Source of the DNA: Octopus sinensis
Taxonomy: Eukaryota
Direction of reading: 5' to 3'
DNA: 9,599 nucleotides
Assembly: GCF_006345805.1 (NCBI RefSeq)
Contig: NW_021827870.1
Span: forward strand, 1 to 9,599
Of this stretch, positions 8,265 to 9,599 are shown piece after piece; the stretch's first letter is position 1; every line of letters begins with the position of its first letter. The position numbers and the translations under genes are program-made. The notes beneath the pieces were generated by a model that was not told where the DNA came from, did no database searches, and was given only the letters and a program-made list of their open reading frames with translations.

Positions 8265-8661
8265 GGCGGCGAGCTGGCAGAAACGTTAGCACGCCGGGCG
8301 AACTGCTTAGGGGTATTTCGTCCGCCGCTACGTTCTGAGTTCAAATTCCGCCGAGGTCAACTTTGCCTTTCATCCTTTCGGGGTCGATAAATTAAGTACC
8401 AGTGACGCACTGGGGTCGATGTAATCGACTGAATCCGTTTGTCTGTCCTTGTTTGTCCTCTCTGTGTTTAGCCCCTTGTGGGTAGTAAAGAAATAGGTAT
8501 TTCATCTGCCGCTACGTTCTGAGTTCAAATTCCGCCGAGGTCAACTTTGCCTTTCATCCTTTCGGGGTCGATAAATTAAGTACCAGTTACGCACTGGGGT
8601 CGATGTAATCGATTTAATCCGTTTGTCTGTCCTTGTTTGTGCCCTTTGTGTTTGGCCCCTT
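8265..8661 (+). mobile_element. Internally dimeric SINE, family 3, copy 2
   Basis: Same head as 5113; units start with GGTATTTC at 8312 and 8496 (184-bp period). The second unit ends about 20 bp early in AT-rich sequence. Confidence 0.92.
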
Positions 8662-8868
8662 ATATATAGGTAATATATATAAATAAAAAAAAATTATGAA
8701 AAGGAAAAAAAAAAGCAGTAAAAAGATTTCCCTACTTCCAAAGCGGAGAATTGTGACGACATCATAGTTACTATATAAGAAGGAAGTAATCGTGGGATTT
8801 TGAAATTATGCATTCTCTGGGTTTATGATAAGAGAACTATTTTTGAATGAAATTTTCAACGTATGCAT

Positions 8869-9401
8869 GGCGCAGACATGGCCGTTCGGTTACGAATTTT
8901 GGTTCTCAAACATATGGTTCCAAGGTCAGTTGAACTACGAGTCGATCGGTGCCTTATATGAAAGCTTGTCGTATTTGTGTGTGTCTGTGTGTGCGTGTGC
9001 GATGCGTGTGCGTATGTGTGTGTGTGATCGTGTGTGAATGTGTGTCCGTGTGTGTGTTTATATATATCGATTTATTTATCTATACATATACGTATATGTG
9101 TGTGTCTATCTATATTTGTTAATCTCTCTCTATATATATATGTATATGTGTACGTGTGTGTGTGTACGTGTGCGTGTCTGTTTGTGTGTTTATAGACACT
9201 CGTGAGCGCGTGCCTGTGCTTATGCTTGTGTTCAGACTCTGTGAAAAACCAGCGTTGGTTTGTTTAGGACATGGTAGCTTAACTTTTTGGCAGAAAGAGA
9301 ATAAGTAGCAGACTTCCAATAAGTACCGGGTCGATATATGTAAGTAAACACTTCTTGGTGCTGCCCAAGCAGAGTCATACTTCATTGACTGAAAAAACAA
9401 A
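8869..9401 (+). mobile_element. Old diverged SINE family 4 copy with an expanded internal microsatellite
   Basis: Head GGCGCAGACATGGCCGTTCGGT...CATATGGTTCCAAGGTCAGT, (TG)/(TA) tract ~8965-9190, then GAATAAGTAGCAGACTT...AAGTACCGGGTCGAT...GGTGCTGCCCAAGCA...TGACTGAAA, matching the reverse complement of 7833-7970. Confidence 0.7.
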
Positions 9402-9409
9402 TATACTTA

Positions 9410-9540
9410 CGCATACTCACACACGCAGACACACACACACACACACACACAGATACATAGATACATACATACACACACACACAAATACACACACACACAA
9501 ATACACACATACACACACACACACACACACATATATATAT
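9410..9540. repeat. Compound (CA)n/(TA)n microsatellite
   Basis: Directly visible. Confidence 0.95.
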
Positions 9541-9599
9541 CAGTTATATTTAAAATTTACTTTCTAAACTTTCCTGTATTTTCTGGTCTTTCCTTGACC

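Noticed and set aside
5111-8661. The two family 3 copies as LTRs of one element
   Set aside because: No TG...CA ends, primer-binding site, polypurine tract or gag/pol between them, and copy 1 has its own 17-bp flanking duplication.

Overview
Eukaryotic, repeat-saturated intronic or intergenic DNA. It is most likely coleoid cephalopod (Octopus-like); this is inferred from the SINE families and dense (TA)n/(TATC)n/(CA)n microsatellites and was not verified by search. I can support no host exon, RNA gene or CRISPR array. The window holds a decayed Penelope-like GIY-YIG 3' fragment (~215-800, minus), a 5'-truncated CR1-group LINE (1461-~3742, minus) sitting between two (TA)n tracts, about ten copies or fragments of four tRNA-derived SINE families, and a degenerate ~81-bp tandem array split by nested insertions. 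Three observations stand out. (i) A dimeric SINE whose two 184-bp units share copy-specific variants, suggesting the dimer is regenerated at or after each insertion. (ii) A SINE whose two independent copies both start right after AGCAGCAGCAA, one with a 43-bp target duplication. (iii) LINE frameshifts that are mostly 1-bp homopolymer deletions, suggesting a young element obscured by long-read error. None of this proves a new biological system; these are testable retroelement-mechanism hypotheses.
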